Shown here piece after piece: positions 25,470 through 39,760 of a stretch of DNA of 64,000 nt (position 1 is its first letter; each line of letters begins with the position of its first letter). The notes under the pieces were generated by a model, which was not told the DNA's origin, ran no database searches, and was given only the letters and a program-made list of their open reading frames with translations. The DNA is taken from positions 65,102,001 to 65,166,000 of the forward strand of contig NC_087437.1 in NCBI RefSeq assembly GCF_036321535.1, in the 5' to 3' direction. The stretch is from Camelus dromedarius. Its lineage: Eukaryota. The position numbers and the translations under genes were made by a program.

Positions 25470-28160
25470 AAAACTGAGATAATTGTAAATTCACTTGTAG
25501 ACTCAATTACAGATTTTATAGAATTGTAATAAATAATACAGAGAGATCCTTTTTGTGCATTTTGTTCAGTTTCCTTCAGTGGTAACACTTTACAAAACTG
25601 TTGTATAATATCACAACCAGGATACTGACATTAGTACATTCCCCAGTTTTATTTGTATATGTATGTGTTAAGTTCTATACAGTTTTATTACCTGTGAAGG
25701 TTCTTGTGTCCACCACCACAGTTAATGTTTTGAATGTTTCCAACACCACAGAATACCTTGTATTGCTGTTTTATAGCTACAACCACCTCCTACTTTCCCA
25801 CCTCCAATTCCTCCCTAAGCACTGGTAACCACTAATTTGTCCTCCATTTCTAAAATTTTGTCATTTCAAAATATTATACAAGCATGGAATTATATAGCAT
25901 GTAACCTTTTGGAATTGGCTTTTGTTTTTTCATTCAGCATAATTTCCTGGAGATTCATCTAAATTGTTGGGTGTATCAGTAGTTTGTTTCTTTTTATTGC
26001 TGAGTAGTATGCCATGGTATGTATGTAGGTACAGGCATACCTTAGAGAGATTGTGGGTTCAGTTTCAGACCACCACAATAAAGCTAATATTGCAATAAAA
26101 TGAGTCACACAAATTTTTTGGTTTCCCAGTACATATGAAGTTATGTTTACACTATACTGTAGTCTTTTAAGTTGAAATAGCATTATGTCTAAAAAATGTA
26201 TGTACCTTAATTAAAGAATGCTTTGTTGCTAAAAATGCTATCTGAACATTCAGCCATAATCTGTTTGCTGGTGTAGGGTCTTGCCTTGTTGTTGGTGGCT
26301 GCTGACTGATCAGAGTGGTGGTTGCTGGAAGTTGGGGTGGCTGTGGCAATTTTAAAAAATTAAGACAAAAATGAAGTTTGCTGCATTGATTGACTCTTCC
26401 TTTCATGAATGATTTCTCTGTGGCATGCAGTGTTGTTTGATAGCATTTTACCTACAGTAGAATTTCTTTGAAAATTAGAGTCAGTCCTCTAAAACCCTGC
26501 TACTGCTTTATCAACTAAGTTTATGTAATATTCTAAATGGTTTGCTGTCATTTCAGCAATCTTCATAGCATTTTACCAGGAGCAGATTCCATCTCAAGAC
26601 ACCACTTTCTTTGATCATCCTCACCTGTTCAAGATTTATCCTGAGATTTCCCCAATTCAGTCACATCATCAGACTCTGGTTTTAGTTCTAGTTCTCTTGC
26701 TATTTCCACCCATCTGCAGTTACTTCTTCCACTGAAGTCTTGAACCCCTCCAAGTCATCCATGAGAATTGGAGTCGTCTTCTCCCAAACTCCTTTTAATG
26801 TTAATCTTTACCTCTTTTCATGAAGCATGAATATTTTTAATGGAATCTAGAATGGTGAATCCTGTCCAGAAGGTTTTCAATTTACTTTGCCCAGATCTAT
26901 CAGAAGAATCTTTGATAGCTGTAGCCTTATGAAACATATTTCTTAAATACTAAGACTCGAGAGTTGGGATTACTCCTTGGTCCATGGAGTGCAGAATGGA
27001 TATTTTGTTAGCAGGCATGAAAACAACTTTAATTTCATTGTACATCTCCATCAGAGCTCTTGAATAACCAGGTGCATTGTCAGTGAGCAGCAATAATTTG
27101 AAAGGGATCTTTTTTTCTGACCAGTAGGTCTCAACACTGGGCTTACTCAGTAAACCATGTTGTAAATAGATGTACTTTGTTGTTCCATTTATAGAGCACA
27201 GAGAGAGTAGATTTTACATAATTCTTAAGAGCCCTAGGATTTTCAGATGGTAAATGAGCATTGGCTTTAACTTAAAGTCTTCAGCTGTATTAGCCTCTAA
27301 CCAGAGAGTCAGACTGTCCTTTGAATTTTGAAGCCAGGCATTAACCTCTCTCTAGCTGTGAAACTCCTAGATGGCATCATTTTCCAATAGAAGGCTATTT
27401 TGTCTGTGTTGAAAATCTGTTGTTTAGCATAGCCAGCTTCATTAATTATCTTTACTAGATCTGGATAACTTGCAGCAGCTTCTACATCAGCATTTGCTGC
27501 TTTACCTTGTATTTTTATGTTTTAGAGACAGCTTCTTCCCTTCAGTCTCATGAATTAAATTCTGCAACCTTCAAACTTTTCTTCTGCAGCTTCCTCATCT
27601 CTCTAAGCTTTCATAGCATTGCAGAGAGTTAGGGCCTTTGTCTGGATTAGGCTTTGGTTTAAGGGAATGTTATGACTGATTTAATCTTGTATTCAGACCA
27701 CTAAAACTTTCTGCATAACAGCAGAACAGTAGTAACATCAAAGATCACTGATCACAGATGACCATAACAAAGAACAGAGAATAGTGAAAAAGTTTGAAAT
27801 ATTGTGAGAATTATCAAAATGTGACAGACATGACATGAACAAACACTTTAGGAAAAATGATGCCAGTAGACTGGCTTGACACAGGGTTACCACAGACCTT
27901 TAATTTGTGAAAAATGCAGTATCTGTGGAGCACAATACAGCAAAGCTCAATAAAACAAGTTATGCCTGTACCATAGTTAAATTAGCCATTTACTTGTTGA
28001 AGGATATCCTTACTGATTCCAGTTTTGGGCTCTTAAAAATCAAGCTGCTGAGAACATTCATGTACAGGTTTTTGTGTGAATTTAAGTTTTCACTGCTCTG
28101 AGATAAATGCCTAGGGGTAAAATTACTGAGTCATAAAGTAGTTGCATGTTTAGTTTATGG
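25470..28160 (-). mobile_element. Old L1M 3' region, interrupted by Tigger1
   Basis: antisense L1 3'UTR text continues across the Tigger insertion (...gccatggtatgtatgta | ccatagtt...ccatttacttgttgaagga). Confidence 0.75.
26032..27968. mobile_element. Tigger1 (TcMar) DNA transposon, both ends present, transposase decayed
   Basis: TA|caggcatacctt... and ...aagttatgcctg|TA termini with TA duplication; internal text typical of Tigger1. Confidence 0.9.
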
Positions 28161-28599
28161 TTAATTTCTTTTTGATTTTTAAAGTTATCCTTTATTTCAA
28201 CATTCTTTTTTTTTCTTAAGGCATGCTTTGTTTTGATTATTCATACACTTATTCCTTTCAGTTTCATCTTCATTTCCAAAATGAATTTTTAAAATTTTAA
28301 ATTATTTCTTGTTTCTGCTTCATTTCTGGGTTTTTCTATTTTTGATGAGGCATAATTGATAAACTTATTTGTTTTAATTCATATGAGATATCATCATATA
28401 TATCTGTGTTCAGCAAAGTTTGCATCATAGAAAATGGTGAGAGTATCAAAGTTCAATTTTTCTTTTGTAAAAGTAAATATGATACATATCTCTGTCATAT
28501 ATCTACTGTTTGTGTTCTGCTGTACTGTTAGGTGCTCTAAATACATTTAGCAATTATTAATTTTTGGTAAGTAAGTGTTAATATTGGAAGTAGATATCA

Positions 28600-31500
28600 T
28601 TTTTAAGCTTTTTGATGTATAATTAATAAAAATATATATTTAAGGTGTATGTGATATGTTGATATACAATACATTGTTAAATGATTATTACAGTCAAGCT
28701 AATTAATATATTTATCACCTTACATGGTTACCTTTTTTGCATGTGTGTGGTAAGAACATTTAAGATCTACTCTGTTAGCAAACTTCAAATATACAGTACA
28801 GTATTACTGTCTGTAGTCACCATGATGAACATTAGATTCTCAGAACTTACTCATCTGGCATAATTGAAATTTTGTACCTTTTGACAAACATCTCCCCTGT
28901 ACCTGCTGGCTACCACTATTCAACTCTCTGCTTCCTTGCGTTTGACTATTTTAGATTCCATATATAGGTAAGATCAGGCAGTATTTGTCTTTCTGTATCT
29001 GGCTTATTTCACTCAGCATAATGTCCTCCAGATTCATCCATGTTTTTGCAAATGACACGATTTCCTTATTTTGGGGGGGGGGCAGTGAATAATATTCCAT
29101 TGTGTGTATCTACCACATTTTCTTTATCCATTCATCTGTCAATAGACACAGGTTGATTCTGTATTTTAACTATTGTGAATAATGCTGCAATAACCATAGG
29201 AGTACACATATCTCTTCAAGATATTAATTTCGTTTCTTTTGGATATATATACCTAGAAGTGGAATTGCTGGTTCGGATGGTTGTTCTATGCTTAGTTTTT
29301 TGAGGAACCTCCCGACTGTTTTCCAAAATAACTGTACCAATTTACATTCACACCAGCAGTGTTCAAGGGTTTCTTTTTCTCCACATCCTGGCCAACACTT
29401 GTTATCTTTTGTCTTTTGGATAATAGCCTTTCTATTAGTGATGTCAGGTGATACTGTGATTTTTGTTTGCATTCCCTTAATGATTAGTGATGTTGAGCAT
29501 TTATCGTATACCTGTTGGCCATTTGTATGTCTTCTTTTGAGAAGTGTCTATGTAAATCCTTTGTTTTCCCATTTAAAATTCGGGTTATTTGTTTTCTTGC
29601 TGTTGAGTTGTTTGAGTTCCATTATATTTTGGATATTAATACTGTATCAGATGTGTGGTTTCCAAATATTTTCTTCCATTCCATAGGTTATCTCTTCATT
29701 CTATTCATTGTTTCCTTTTCTGTACAGTAGCTTTTTAGTTTGGTGGAATATCATTTTTCATTTTTGCTTTTTTATCTGTACTTTTGGAGTCATATCTAAG
29801 AAATAATTGCCCAGATCAATGTCAAGAAGCCTTTTTTCTGTTTTTTTTTCTACTAGTTTTACAGTTGCATGTTTTAAGTCTTTAACCCTTTTGGAGTTGA
29901 TTTTTGTATATGGGGTGAGATAAGAGTCCAGTTTCATTCTTCTGCATGTGGATATCCAGTTTTCCCAATACCATTTATTGAAGAAACTGTCCTTTACCTG
30001 TTGTGTGCTCCTGGCACCTTTTTTAATGATCAGTTGATAGTAAATGTGTTAATTTATTTCAGGGCTCTTTATTCTGTTCCATTGGCCTGTATGTCTGTTT
30101 TTATGCCAATACCATACTGTTTTGATTACTATAGCTTTGTAGTATATTTTGAAATCAAGTAGCGTGATACCTCCAGCTTCATTCTTGCTCAAGATTGCTT
30201 TGGCTATTCATGGTCTTTTGTAGTTCCACATGATTTTAGGATTTTTTTCCCTCTTTCTGTGAAAAAGGGTAATGGAGTTTTGATAAGGATTGCATTGACT
30301 CTGTACACTGCTTTGAATGTTATGTACATTTTAACAATATTAATTCTTCCAATCTATGAACACAGGATATCTCTCCATTTATTTGTGTCTTCTTTAATTT
30401 CTTTCAATGTTTTATAGTTTTCAGTGTACAAATGTTTCACATCTTTTTAAATTTATTTGTAAGTACTTTATTATTATTTTTGATGCTATATAAATAGGGT
30501 TGTTTTCTTAATTTATTTTTTTGACTAGCTCATTGTTAGTATATAAAAACACAGTAATTTTTGCATATTGATTTCGTATCTTGCAACTTTACCGAATTCA
30601 TTTGTATTAACAGCTTTTGTGTGTGTGAATTCTTTAGCATTTTCTATATGGAAGATTATGTCTTCTGCAAACAGAGATAGTTTTATTCTTTCTTTCTGAT
30701 TTGGATGCCTATTATTTATTTTCTTGTGTAATTGCTGTGGCTAGGAATTCTAGCACTATATTGAATAGAAGTAGTGAGAATGGGCATCCTTGTCTTGTTT
30801 CTGATCTTGGAGCAGAAGCTTCTAGCTTTTTGCCATTGAGTGTGATGTGTATATAACCTTATTATGTTGAGGTGCACTCCTTCTGTACCTAATTTGTTGA
30901 GAGTTTTTATCATGAAGGATTTTGGATTTTGTCAGATGCTTTTTCTGCATCTATTCAGATGATTTTATGATATTTATCTTTCATTCTGTTGATATGGTAT
31001 ATCACATTGGTTTGTAGATGTGTTCCCTCCTCTTCAATTTTTGGGAAAGAGTTTGAGAAAAATTGGCATTAATTCTTCTTTAAACATGTAGTAGAATTCA
31101 CCAGCGAAACCATCAAGTTCTGGATGTTTCAGTCTCCTTACTTGTTTTTGTTCTGTTGAGATTTTCTGTTTCTTCACAATTGAGTTGTGATAGGTTATAT
31201 ATATCTAGGAATTTATCTGTTTCTTCCAGGTTGTCCAATTTGTTGGCATATAATTGTTTATCATAGTCCCTTATGATCCTTTGTATTTCTGTGGTATCAG
31301 TTTTAATGTCTTTTCTTTCACTTATACTTTTATTTGAATCTTCTCCCTTTTTTTCTTAGTTGATATAACTGAATTTGTCAATTTTGTTTATCTCTTCAGA
31401 AAACCAGTTAGTTTCATTGAAAAATGAAACTTAGTTTTATTAATCTTTTCTATTGTTTTTGTACTCTTCAGTTCATTTATTTCTGTATTGATCCTGGTTA

Positions 31501-31840
31501 TTTCCTTCCTTCTGCTAACTTTCAGCTTAGTTTGTTCTTTTTCTAATTCCTTAAGGTGCAAAATTAGGTTATTTATTCAAGGTATTTGTTTTTTCTAAAT
31601 GCAGGAGTTTATTGCCGTAAGCTTCCCTCTTAGAACTTACATTTTTGCTGCATCCCAGGAGTTTTGGTTTGTCATGTTTTTATTTTCATTTGTCTCAGGA
31701 TAATTTTTTATTTTCCTTTTGATTTTTTCTTTATCCCATTGGTGGTACAGAAGTGTGTTGTTTAATTTCCACATGTTTGTGAATTTTCCACTTTTCCTCT
31801 TGTTACTGATTTCTAATTTCATACCATTGTGATCAGAAGT
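28600..31840 (-). mobile_element. L1 element (3'UTR through decayed ORF2), antisense, ~3.2 kb
   Basis: minus-strand ORF remnants resemble ORF2 (HCWCECKLVQLFWKTVGRFLKKL..PAIPLLGIY; FTNMWKLNNTLL..NQNSWDAAK). Confidence 0.92.
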
Positions 31841-32649
31841 GATAAAAAAAATCTGAAGATAAAGTGATTCTGTTTGATAAGTTAGGTTCTGTTATGACTT
31901 TTTGATTAGTGCAAATTTCTGTGCCTAATAATGGCTCTTTAGTTGTAGTGTTCATTTCCTTCATTAATAGTTACTATAGAAAATTGAATCTCTACAGTTG
32001 AAAGTCTAAAGAGTCTTTGTCCTGGTGAATTATGATTTTTATTAACTGACTGTTGTTATGCATCTCATAGCTTGAATGAGTGATTATGATGTCCCTATGT
32101 ACTTACATATGACCCTGTGTTGCCCTTAGAGTAGTTATATGTGTAGTTGTATATGGTCCTATGTTGCCCTCCTAGTTGTGGTTCTCTTTTTTCTTTCCCG
32201 TTTCATACATCTTTTCCAAATGCTATATATACTGCTTATCCAATTAACATGTTGTAGAAACAGAAGTCTTGCCATTTCTTTCTTAATGAAGGACCATGGC
32301 TGCCCTAAACACTATTACTACCATGAGTAGAAGAAAACTATAGCAGAGACTAGTTTTATTGAAGTGCTTATTTTGTACAACAGCTTTTGCATTTCTCCCT
32401 GCTGAGGGTTTTAAAAGCTTGATAGTATTTTGTCACTATGCATATGATTTAGCATAATCACCTGTCTAATGCTATGCACAGTCTAATTTATTTTGATTTT
32501 TCATATGAAAACATTACAGTTTTCACTTTCAAAGGGTTTATGGACTGGCTGGTGACACCGGTCTGAATGAATGAATGATTAAATAAAGACAGGGAACGAA
32601 GGAAGGAAGGAACAAAGGAAGGAAGGAAAGAAAAAAAGAGGCAAAGGAT

Positions 32650-33100
32650 GTGTATATGGGGGTTTATTTCTTCTTGAGTGAGTTTTGGTGGCTTGTATCT
32701 TTCAAGGAATTGGCCTATTTCATCTATGTTGATGAATTTATGAGCAAGAGTTGTTTGTGATGTTACTGTATTACCTTTTTATGTATGTTAGGTCAGTAGT
32801 AGTGTCTTCTCTTTCTTATCTGGTGTTGATATTTTGTATCTTTTCTCTTTTTTTGTTGGTCATCCTGACTGAGCTTTATACATTTTATTCATCTTTTCAA
32901 AGAACCAACTTTTGGTTTTATTGATTTTCTCTTTTTTTCTATTTCCAATTTTATTAATTTTTGCTCTAGTACTTTCTTTTTTTCTGCTTATATTTGTTTT
33001 AATTTGCTCTTCTTTTTCCAATTCCCTATAGAAGCATAGGTTGCTGATTTCAGTCCTCCTTCCTTTTTTTTCCTGTAGTATATGCATTTAATGCTATACA
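32650..33100 (-). mobile_element. L1 ORF2 fragment
   Basis: ORF 32860..33087 contains KINKTKSWFFEKMNK, typical of L1 ORF2. Confidence 0.85.
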
Positions 33101-33581
33101 CTTTGAGCAAGGATTACATTTAAATTTTAGTGAAACCACATAGAATGGGGTTCATGGACACATAAAAGAAAAAATTTTTTGAATCCTGGGTGTATTTGAC
33201 AACGTAGAAGAAAGTAATAGTCTGGCAGGGGAAGGAATAGTTAGATGTCCATGTTTGTAAATGAAATTATGATGATAGAAAAAGCATTAAAGATAACCTT
33301 AAGGTGTATTATTTTCCACTAAACAATTATGTATTTGTATTTCATTTAAAAAATATTAGTGATGGTGAGTAAAATCTCTGTGCAATTGCCACTGAAAAGA
33401 ACAGAGTGTGATTACACTGTATATACTCAAATGCCTTTTTAAAGACATCACCATGCTGGAGTCTGTGTTGAATATATATTACCTGCACAGTTTTCTTATT
33501 TCACTTAGACATAATACAGTTACCATGATAGGAGAAGCCTACGTCCATTTTACTGATTCTTATGTTTTCTTTCCTGCAGAA

Positions 33582-33674
33582 ATGCTGAGCCGATTGTCAG
33601 GATTAGCTAATGTTGTTTTGCATGAATTATCAGGAGATGATACTGATGAGAATATGAAGGCTTCCTTAGAACCT
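33582..33674 (+). CDS. GOLGB1: GOLGB1 (giantin) first coding exon, MLSRLSGLANVVLHELSGDDTDENMKASLEP (exon begins 33580)
   Basis: ttcctgcAG|AAATG; N-terminus recognised as giantin; CCT|GTGAGT donor. Confidence 0.96.
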
Positions 33675-34426
33675 GTGAGTAGCTCTGTTCTGAATTAAGC
33701 TGATGAGACATATATTCCATGTTCTTCTGAGGACAAAAATGTAAGATAGAAAGATATAGGCAGCTTCCCTTGTGCTAAGTGGAAGAGAAGATTAAGAAAA
33801 ACATGGAGACTTTATAAATGATCCTTTTCCTCCAAGTCTGTAGCCTGTGAGCCACAGTGAGGGGAATCAAGTTCTGGATGAGGTTAGAAAGATTGTTCTC
33901 GTTTGTCCCCTTGTTTAGTGCTAGATTGTTTTAACTCCTCCAGTATGTATTCCTGTTCCACAGGAAAGGTTTGAAATGACAAATGGTGGAACTGGAACAC
34001 CTTTTGGGTTTGAGAATATCTGTTTGTATTGTATTTTCTGAGGGCCACATAGGGATCAAAAGAAGTCGTTTTGCTTTCTGAAAAGACAAGCAGTATTGCC
34101 TAGTGGTTAAATTTTAAATTTTGGCTCTTCCACGTAATGGTTTGTGATCTTTGCTTCCCTTTATTTTTATCTTTGGTAAAATTACTATAATAAGATTATA
34201 AATGAGATAATGTTTATAAAATGGTTAACATTTACAAAATATGTAATATATTGCTATGATAGTATGTTCTAAATAATAATTATTGGGTAATAATTATTAT
34301 TGGAAAGATTTCATAAGTAAGGATATGAATTGAGCAAGAGATAAGATGAAGCTGGAATGAAGGAACTCCTGTTGGATGCTAATACCTTTTCCCTCATGCA
34401 CTGGCAACTTTTTGTCTAAATACTAG

Positions 34427-34579
34427 GAATTACCCCAAGAACCTGACATGGAATTTAATGATAGAACACAGGAGGATGTTCTGGAGCGCCTGGCTTATGC
34501 AGAGCAGTTGGTGGTGGAACTAAAAGAAATCATCAGAGAGAAGGATGCTCAACTGCAGCAGAAGGATGAAGTTCTACAG
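34427..34579 (+). CDS. GOLGB1: GOLGB1 exon 3 (ELPQEPDMEFNDRTQEDVLERLAYAEQLVVELKEII...VLQ)
   Basis: tactAG acceptor, CAG|GTATCA donor; 153 nt. Confidence 0.95.
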
Positions 34580-34771
34580 GTATCATTGTTTTTGTCCTTT
34601 CTTGCCAAATATTTGATGAAAGACAGATGTAACAGTCACTTAGATTATTAGAGAATCTGATTCTTATTTCCCTAATGCTGTAGGATGATGTCTACTGAGA
34701 ATACCTTTTGTTATATGCTAGATAACTGATGAATAAACATTTGTTTATTTACCATCATTGTTCTCTGACAG

Positions 34772-34924
34772 GAAGAAAGAAAAGCTGCTGATAACAAAAT
34801 AAAAAAACTAAAACTTCATGCTAAGGCCAAGTTAACTTCTTTGAATAAACACATAGAAGAGATGAAGGCACAAGGAGGGACTGTTCTGTCTGCAGAACCT
34901 CAGTCAGAGGAGCAACTCTCCAAG
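34772..34924 (+). CDS. GOLGB1: GOLGB1 exon 4 (EERKAADNKIKKLKLHAKAKLTSLNKHIEEMKAQ...EEQLSK)
   Basis: ctctgacAG acceptor, AAG|GTATGG donor; 153 nt. Confidence 0.95.
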
Positions 34925-36972
34925 GTATGGTGATTGGGTATAATACATATTTTCTGAGTAGGAAAAGCCTCCCATATGGCACATCTTCACTAATCACAAA
35001 AATTTATGAGGCTAAAGTAATCTAGCACTAAATGCTATCCTTTCTTATTGAACTTGCAGTCTAGCTGGGCTGTGGGCCATACACAGAATAAAGGACCAAC
35101 AGAAAACATGGAAATTCAGTATCAGTTGTGACCTAGACTTTCAAAGAATTAAAAAGGCTAACAGGAAGAAATAAATATTGTAGTGAGGCATTTGGATAGG
35201 AGAAGCACATAGCTTTTAGAGAAGTTTCATCACTGCTTCAAAGATTAAACTAGGTGATATGTAAGGTTTCTCTCTCTGAAATTCTCTGGTTCAGTGACTT
35301 GATACAGAATATTCTTTGTCTTCATATAGTGACATAATAATACATTAAAGTTTCATACATCTTGGGCTCCTATAAGGGATGCTCTCTAGGTTTATGACTG
35401 CCACCAACAAGACAGTTTAAGGTTGAGGGTGGAGAGAGAAATAAGTAAAGTGTTGCCTTTTGAGGAATAAAGCATTGTCCCAATACTTGTTCTTATTACC
35501 TTTCCTCTGTGGTTAAACCCTACATATTCACATTCAGTCAGCTCTTTAGAGTACAAGAAACCTCAGGGTTTTTGTTTTTGTTTTTGTTTTTTTGGAGAGT
35601 TTGGTATAGGACAAAGAGAGGCTGGCACATCACGTGCACGTTACAGTTGGCTTAGATGTCACTCTACATAAGAAATCTTTAAATTTTTTTAGATTTCATC
35701 CTGTTTTACCTTATGACTCACTAATATTCTTATTCACAATGTTTTTACTCTTGGGAAATTAGATTTTAATCAATTCTAGGCATAATCCTTGGGGTCACTA
35801 GTTAGCTCACGAGTACCCTGGTTAGTCTTTCTTTCCTGGGTCTAATGCTCAAAAGGTAACTCTTTTCCTGCAATGATAGCTGTATTTAACTTCTCAAAGC
35901 TTATTTTAGAAGCTTCTCCTATTCTTCTTAAATAATGTCTTCATCTTGAGTCTTCTTTATTTACTTTTTGGGTTTTTTTTTCCTTTTTTCCTCTCACAAT
36001 TTTTCCTTCCTTTGGCTGTGGTAGCACCAACCTATCTCTCCCCATGTTGCTTTGTTTCCTCTAAACATTTCCCTCTGCTATATTGTTAGATTTTTAGATG
36101 ATCCACTTTATACTCTGCCTTTTTTTTTTAAAGTTTAGAGTCCTTAAACAAATCAACATTTTATAGCTTCATTTATTTCCTCTGTTAAATAAAAAGGTTG
36201 GATTAAATGATTTCTAAGTTCCAGCAATCAGTCATAGCAGCCTTTCAACTATTGTATGCTCACTACAAAGCTGATGTTCTGTGGAAAGTGTAGTTGAAGA
36301 AGTGGTGGCTATCCTCAGATGCTTGACTGACTATTATGTAGAAGAAAGTGAAATTATTTGGTGTAGTTCCAGTGAACAGACTAGGTTCATTTTGGGGTAG
36401 GTGGTGGTGAATTCAATTGGGAAGCAGAGTCTAGTTCAGTCTAAGGACGAACTTTTGGGGGAAAAAAATAGAGTATTTGAAAGAGTTATACTTCCTCCCC
36501 ACTGGCTCTTTTATGATGTTTTGCCCCTGACTTAGCAGCAGCCTTGTTTTCCTGAATTCTGTCCTCTAGTTCTTCAAGGCAGTGAGACTGTGAGCTTTCT
36601 ATTAAGTTTTAATCCTTTCAGTCACTGACTGGTTTTGCCCTCAGACTAAAAACCATAAAAATGGGGAATTTGGTACCATTTCTTCCAAGTATCTACTCCC
36701 CTCCAGCATCTTCCTGCTTTGGGTTGCTCTGCAGCATTTTCAGATAGCGATTTTACTATCTTTTCCAGAGTTTACAGTGGTTATCTGAGGGAGGATGGGT
36801 CTAACAGGAGCTCCTTGGCCACACTGAAACTGGAAGACTCCAGGATTCCTTCCTTGTTGTTAGGTCAGGTGTTATTTCTTGCTCCCAGCAGTTGGATAAA
36901 ACTATAATAAACTGGTTGTATCGGGCAAATTAGATTCTTTTAAATAAATGACTTTATCTCCTGTGTTTTCAG

Positions 36973-37101
36973 CATGACAAGAGTTCTACGGAGGAAGAGA
37001 TGGAACTAGAAAAGATAAAACATAAACTCCAGGAGAAGGAGGAACTAATTAGCAGTTTGCAAGCCCAACTTACCCAGGCACGAACAGAGCAAGCCACACA
37101 G
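36973..37101 (+). CDS. GOLGB1: GOLGB1 exon 5 (HDKSSTEEEMELEKIKHKLQEKEELISSLQAQLTQARTEQATQ)
   Basis: gtgttttcAG acceptor, CAG|GTAGGG donor; 129 nt. Confidence 0.94.
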
Positions 37102-38064
37102 GTAGGGGTGTCAGTCACTTTATAATCATTAAGTTAACATGTCACTAAAGTGCTATGACTAATACATTTTTCTAGATGCCCAATAGATATTTGTCTATGT
37201 ATCTATCAATTTTCTTCTTTGTTTCTTCCTTTCCCTTCTCTTCCCTCCCTTCCTTTCTCCTCCACTAAGTCTAGTGATTTTACTAGGCTGGGCATTGGTG
37301 TTTGTCATTCATGGCTGATATTTGTAGATACCCAGTATGGTTTTTCAATATATGGTTTCACACATCTTTTTTTTTCAGAAGAGTTTCTTGAATTATATAG
37401 CTTGTAATATTTGGTATGTTTTCTTCTTTAGGGAATTCTGTTATCCCTATGTTCCACCTTTGATTATCTTCAATATTCATCAGTTTTTCTCAGTTCCTTT
37501 TTATCTCTTCATTTTAAAAAGATTTTTCTTTTTTTCCCTTATTTTATTTAAGGCATTCTATTTTGTGTTTATTTGCTTTTGTGTTTCTTCTTGTTTTGTC
37601 TTCTTTTCTGAAATGATATGTCAGAGTTCATTTTGATTCACAAGAATCAAATTCTTCTTGAATTCTGTTACCTTGTTTCTGAGTTTTTCTAGTTCTGATG
37701 TTTAAAATTTATTTTCATGTCTTATATAATTTTCTTAATGTTTTTTTAAACACCTGTTGAAATAGATTGCAATTTTGATTTGTTTTTTGAGCTGATGGTA
37801 CTCTCTTCTCACATGTTCCTTAGTTATTTTTTCTTTTTTAATAGTATCTTTGAATGGGATTTGACTTGGATCCTTTTATGTTTTTTTATTTTTGTGTGAA
37901 ATTAATTTTCCTAAATTTTTAGAAGGAGGCTTAGTTCAGGAAAACTGTGTTTTATTAACAGACTTATCTCTTTTGTTGTTGTTTTGTGTGTGTGCTCAAA
38001 GATAGGGCAGGTGAATTTCTGAGATTTCCTTGCTTTCTTCCCCTGACCTTCACTTTGGTCTATA

Positions 38065-39760
38065 CTAACATTGTCCAACAGTAGTATAATGTGAGCCACA
38101 TGTATAATTTAAAATTTTTTTAGCAGCTGCATTACAAAAGGTAAAAAAGAAACAGGTAAAATTAATGTTAACAATATATTTTATTTAATCCAATTTATTA
38201 AAAATATACTTTTAAGATTAACATAAAAATTATTTTTGTGTTAATTTAATTTTTTTTCTGTACTAAGTCTGAAATTTGGTGTGTATTTTACATGATATCT
38301 CAATTTGGATGCTTAGTTTTCATTGGAAATACTTCATCTGTGTTTAGATTTCATAAAATTTCCAGTTGAAAAAAATAGATTCATGTACTCAGGTTTTTCC
38401 AGTACATATTTAGAAACTTCCTAATAACTGAACCAAGTGCTGAAACATCATTTTCCTTTAATATTTGCATCTGTGTTAAGAAACTGCTTAATTATTTTTA
38501 GGACAATTAATTTGACTTTGAAAAGCATATTAACTTTAAAGCGACATCTGTAAGAAATGAAAGCATATGACCACATAGACTTGTATGTGCATGTTCATAG
38601 CAGCTTTTCTTGTAATAACCAAAAACTAGAAACACCTCACATGTCTATCAGCAGGAGGATATTTAAACAAACCATGGTATATCCACACAATGGAATACTG
38701 CTTAGAAATCAGAAGGAATGAACTATGCATCAATATTACACTTTTATTTTAAACTTAAAAATGTATCTATACTTATTTTTTAACATTTTTTATTGAGTTA
38801 TAGTCATTTTACAATGTTGTGTCAAATTCCAGTGTAGAGCACAATTTTCAGTTATACATGAACATACATATATTCATTGTCACATTTTTTTTGCTGGGAG
38901 CTACCACAAGATCTTGTATATATTTCCCTGTGCTATACAGTATACTCTTGTTTATCTATTCTGCATATGCCTGTCAGTATCTACAAATTTTGAAATCCCA
39001 GTCTGTCCCTTTCCACCCCCTGCCGCCTTGGCAACCACAAGTTTGTATTCTCTGTCTATGAGTCTGTTGTTTCTGTTTTGTATTTATGGTGTTTTTTTGT
39101 TTGTTTGTTTGTTTGTTTTGGTTTCACATATGAGCAATCTCATATGGTATTTTTCTTTCTCTTTCTGGCTTACTTCACTTAGAATGACATTCTCCAGGAA
39201 CATCCATGTTGCTGCAAATGGCGTTATGTTGTTGGTTTTTATGGCTGAATAGTATTCCATTGTATGAATATACCACATCTTTTTATCTATATTTATTTTT
39301 AACTAGAAAAATAATTTGACTAAAATTAATAATAAGTGTTTGTATTGTAATTTAGTTACCAATTATGATTTGCATAGGTTATCAACTGGTACTGCTACTC
39401 TCTGCTTAAGGTATTCAGATAAACACATTACAGGGTTACATCGGTATGTAGGAAGAAAGTGTTTAAATTGAATCAATCCTTTGACATAGACTAGATAGCT
39501 GGTATGTTTATTATAGCACTAGGAACAATGTGCATACTTGTTACTTGCACAACAATTCAGCAGTACCTTATGTGATGCAACAGGGAAAGTGAAATATAAT
39601 CATACTAAAACATAGTTGTATTTAATGAAAAAGTATTTTATACTTAAATTAATTTAAATTAAATAATATTAATAATTAACTTCCTCACTTACATTAGATA
39701 TATTTCAAGCCTTCGATAGCCACACGTGGCTAGTTGATAATGAATTATATAGCACATGTG
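38065..39760. mobile_element. Charlie5-like hAT element interrupted by L1 fragments
   Basis: MER3/MER33-type ends at ~38065 (attgtccaacag...tgagccacatg) and ~39720 (atagccacacgtggctagt) with L1 pieces between. Confidence 0.5.
38782..39283 (-). mobile_element. Young lineage-specific L1 3' end with TSD
   Basis: ORF 39084..39278 MWYIHTMEYYSAIK..FAATWM.LE...LSEVSQ is the L1 ORF2 C-terminus; flanking repeat tatctata(c/t)ttattttt. Confidence 0.9.
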
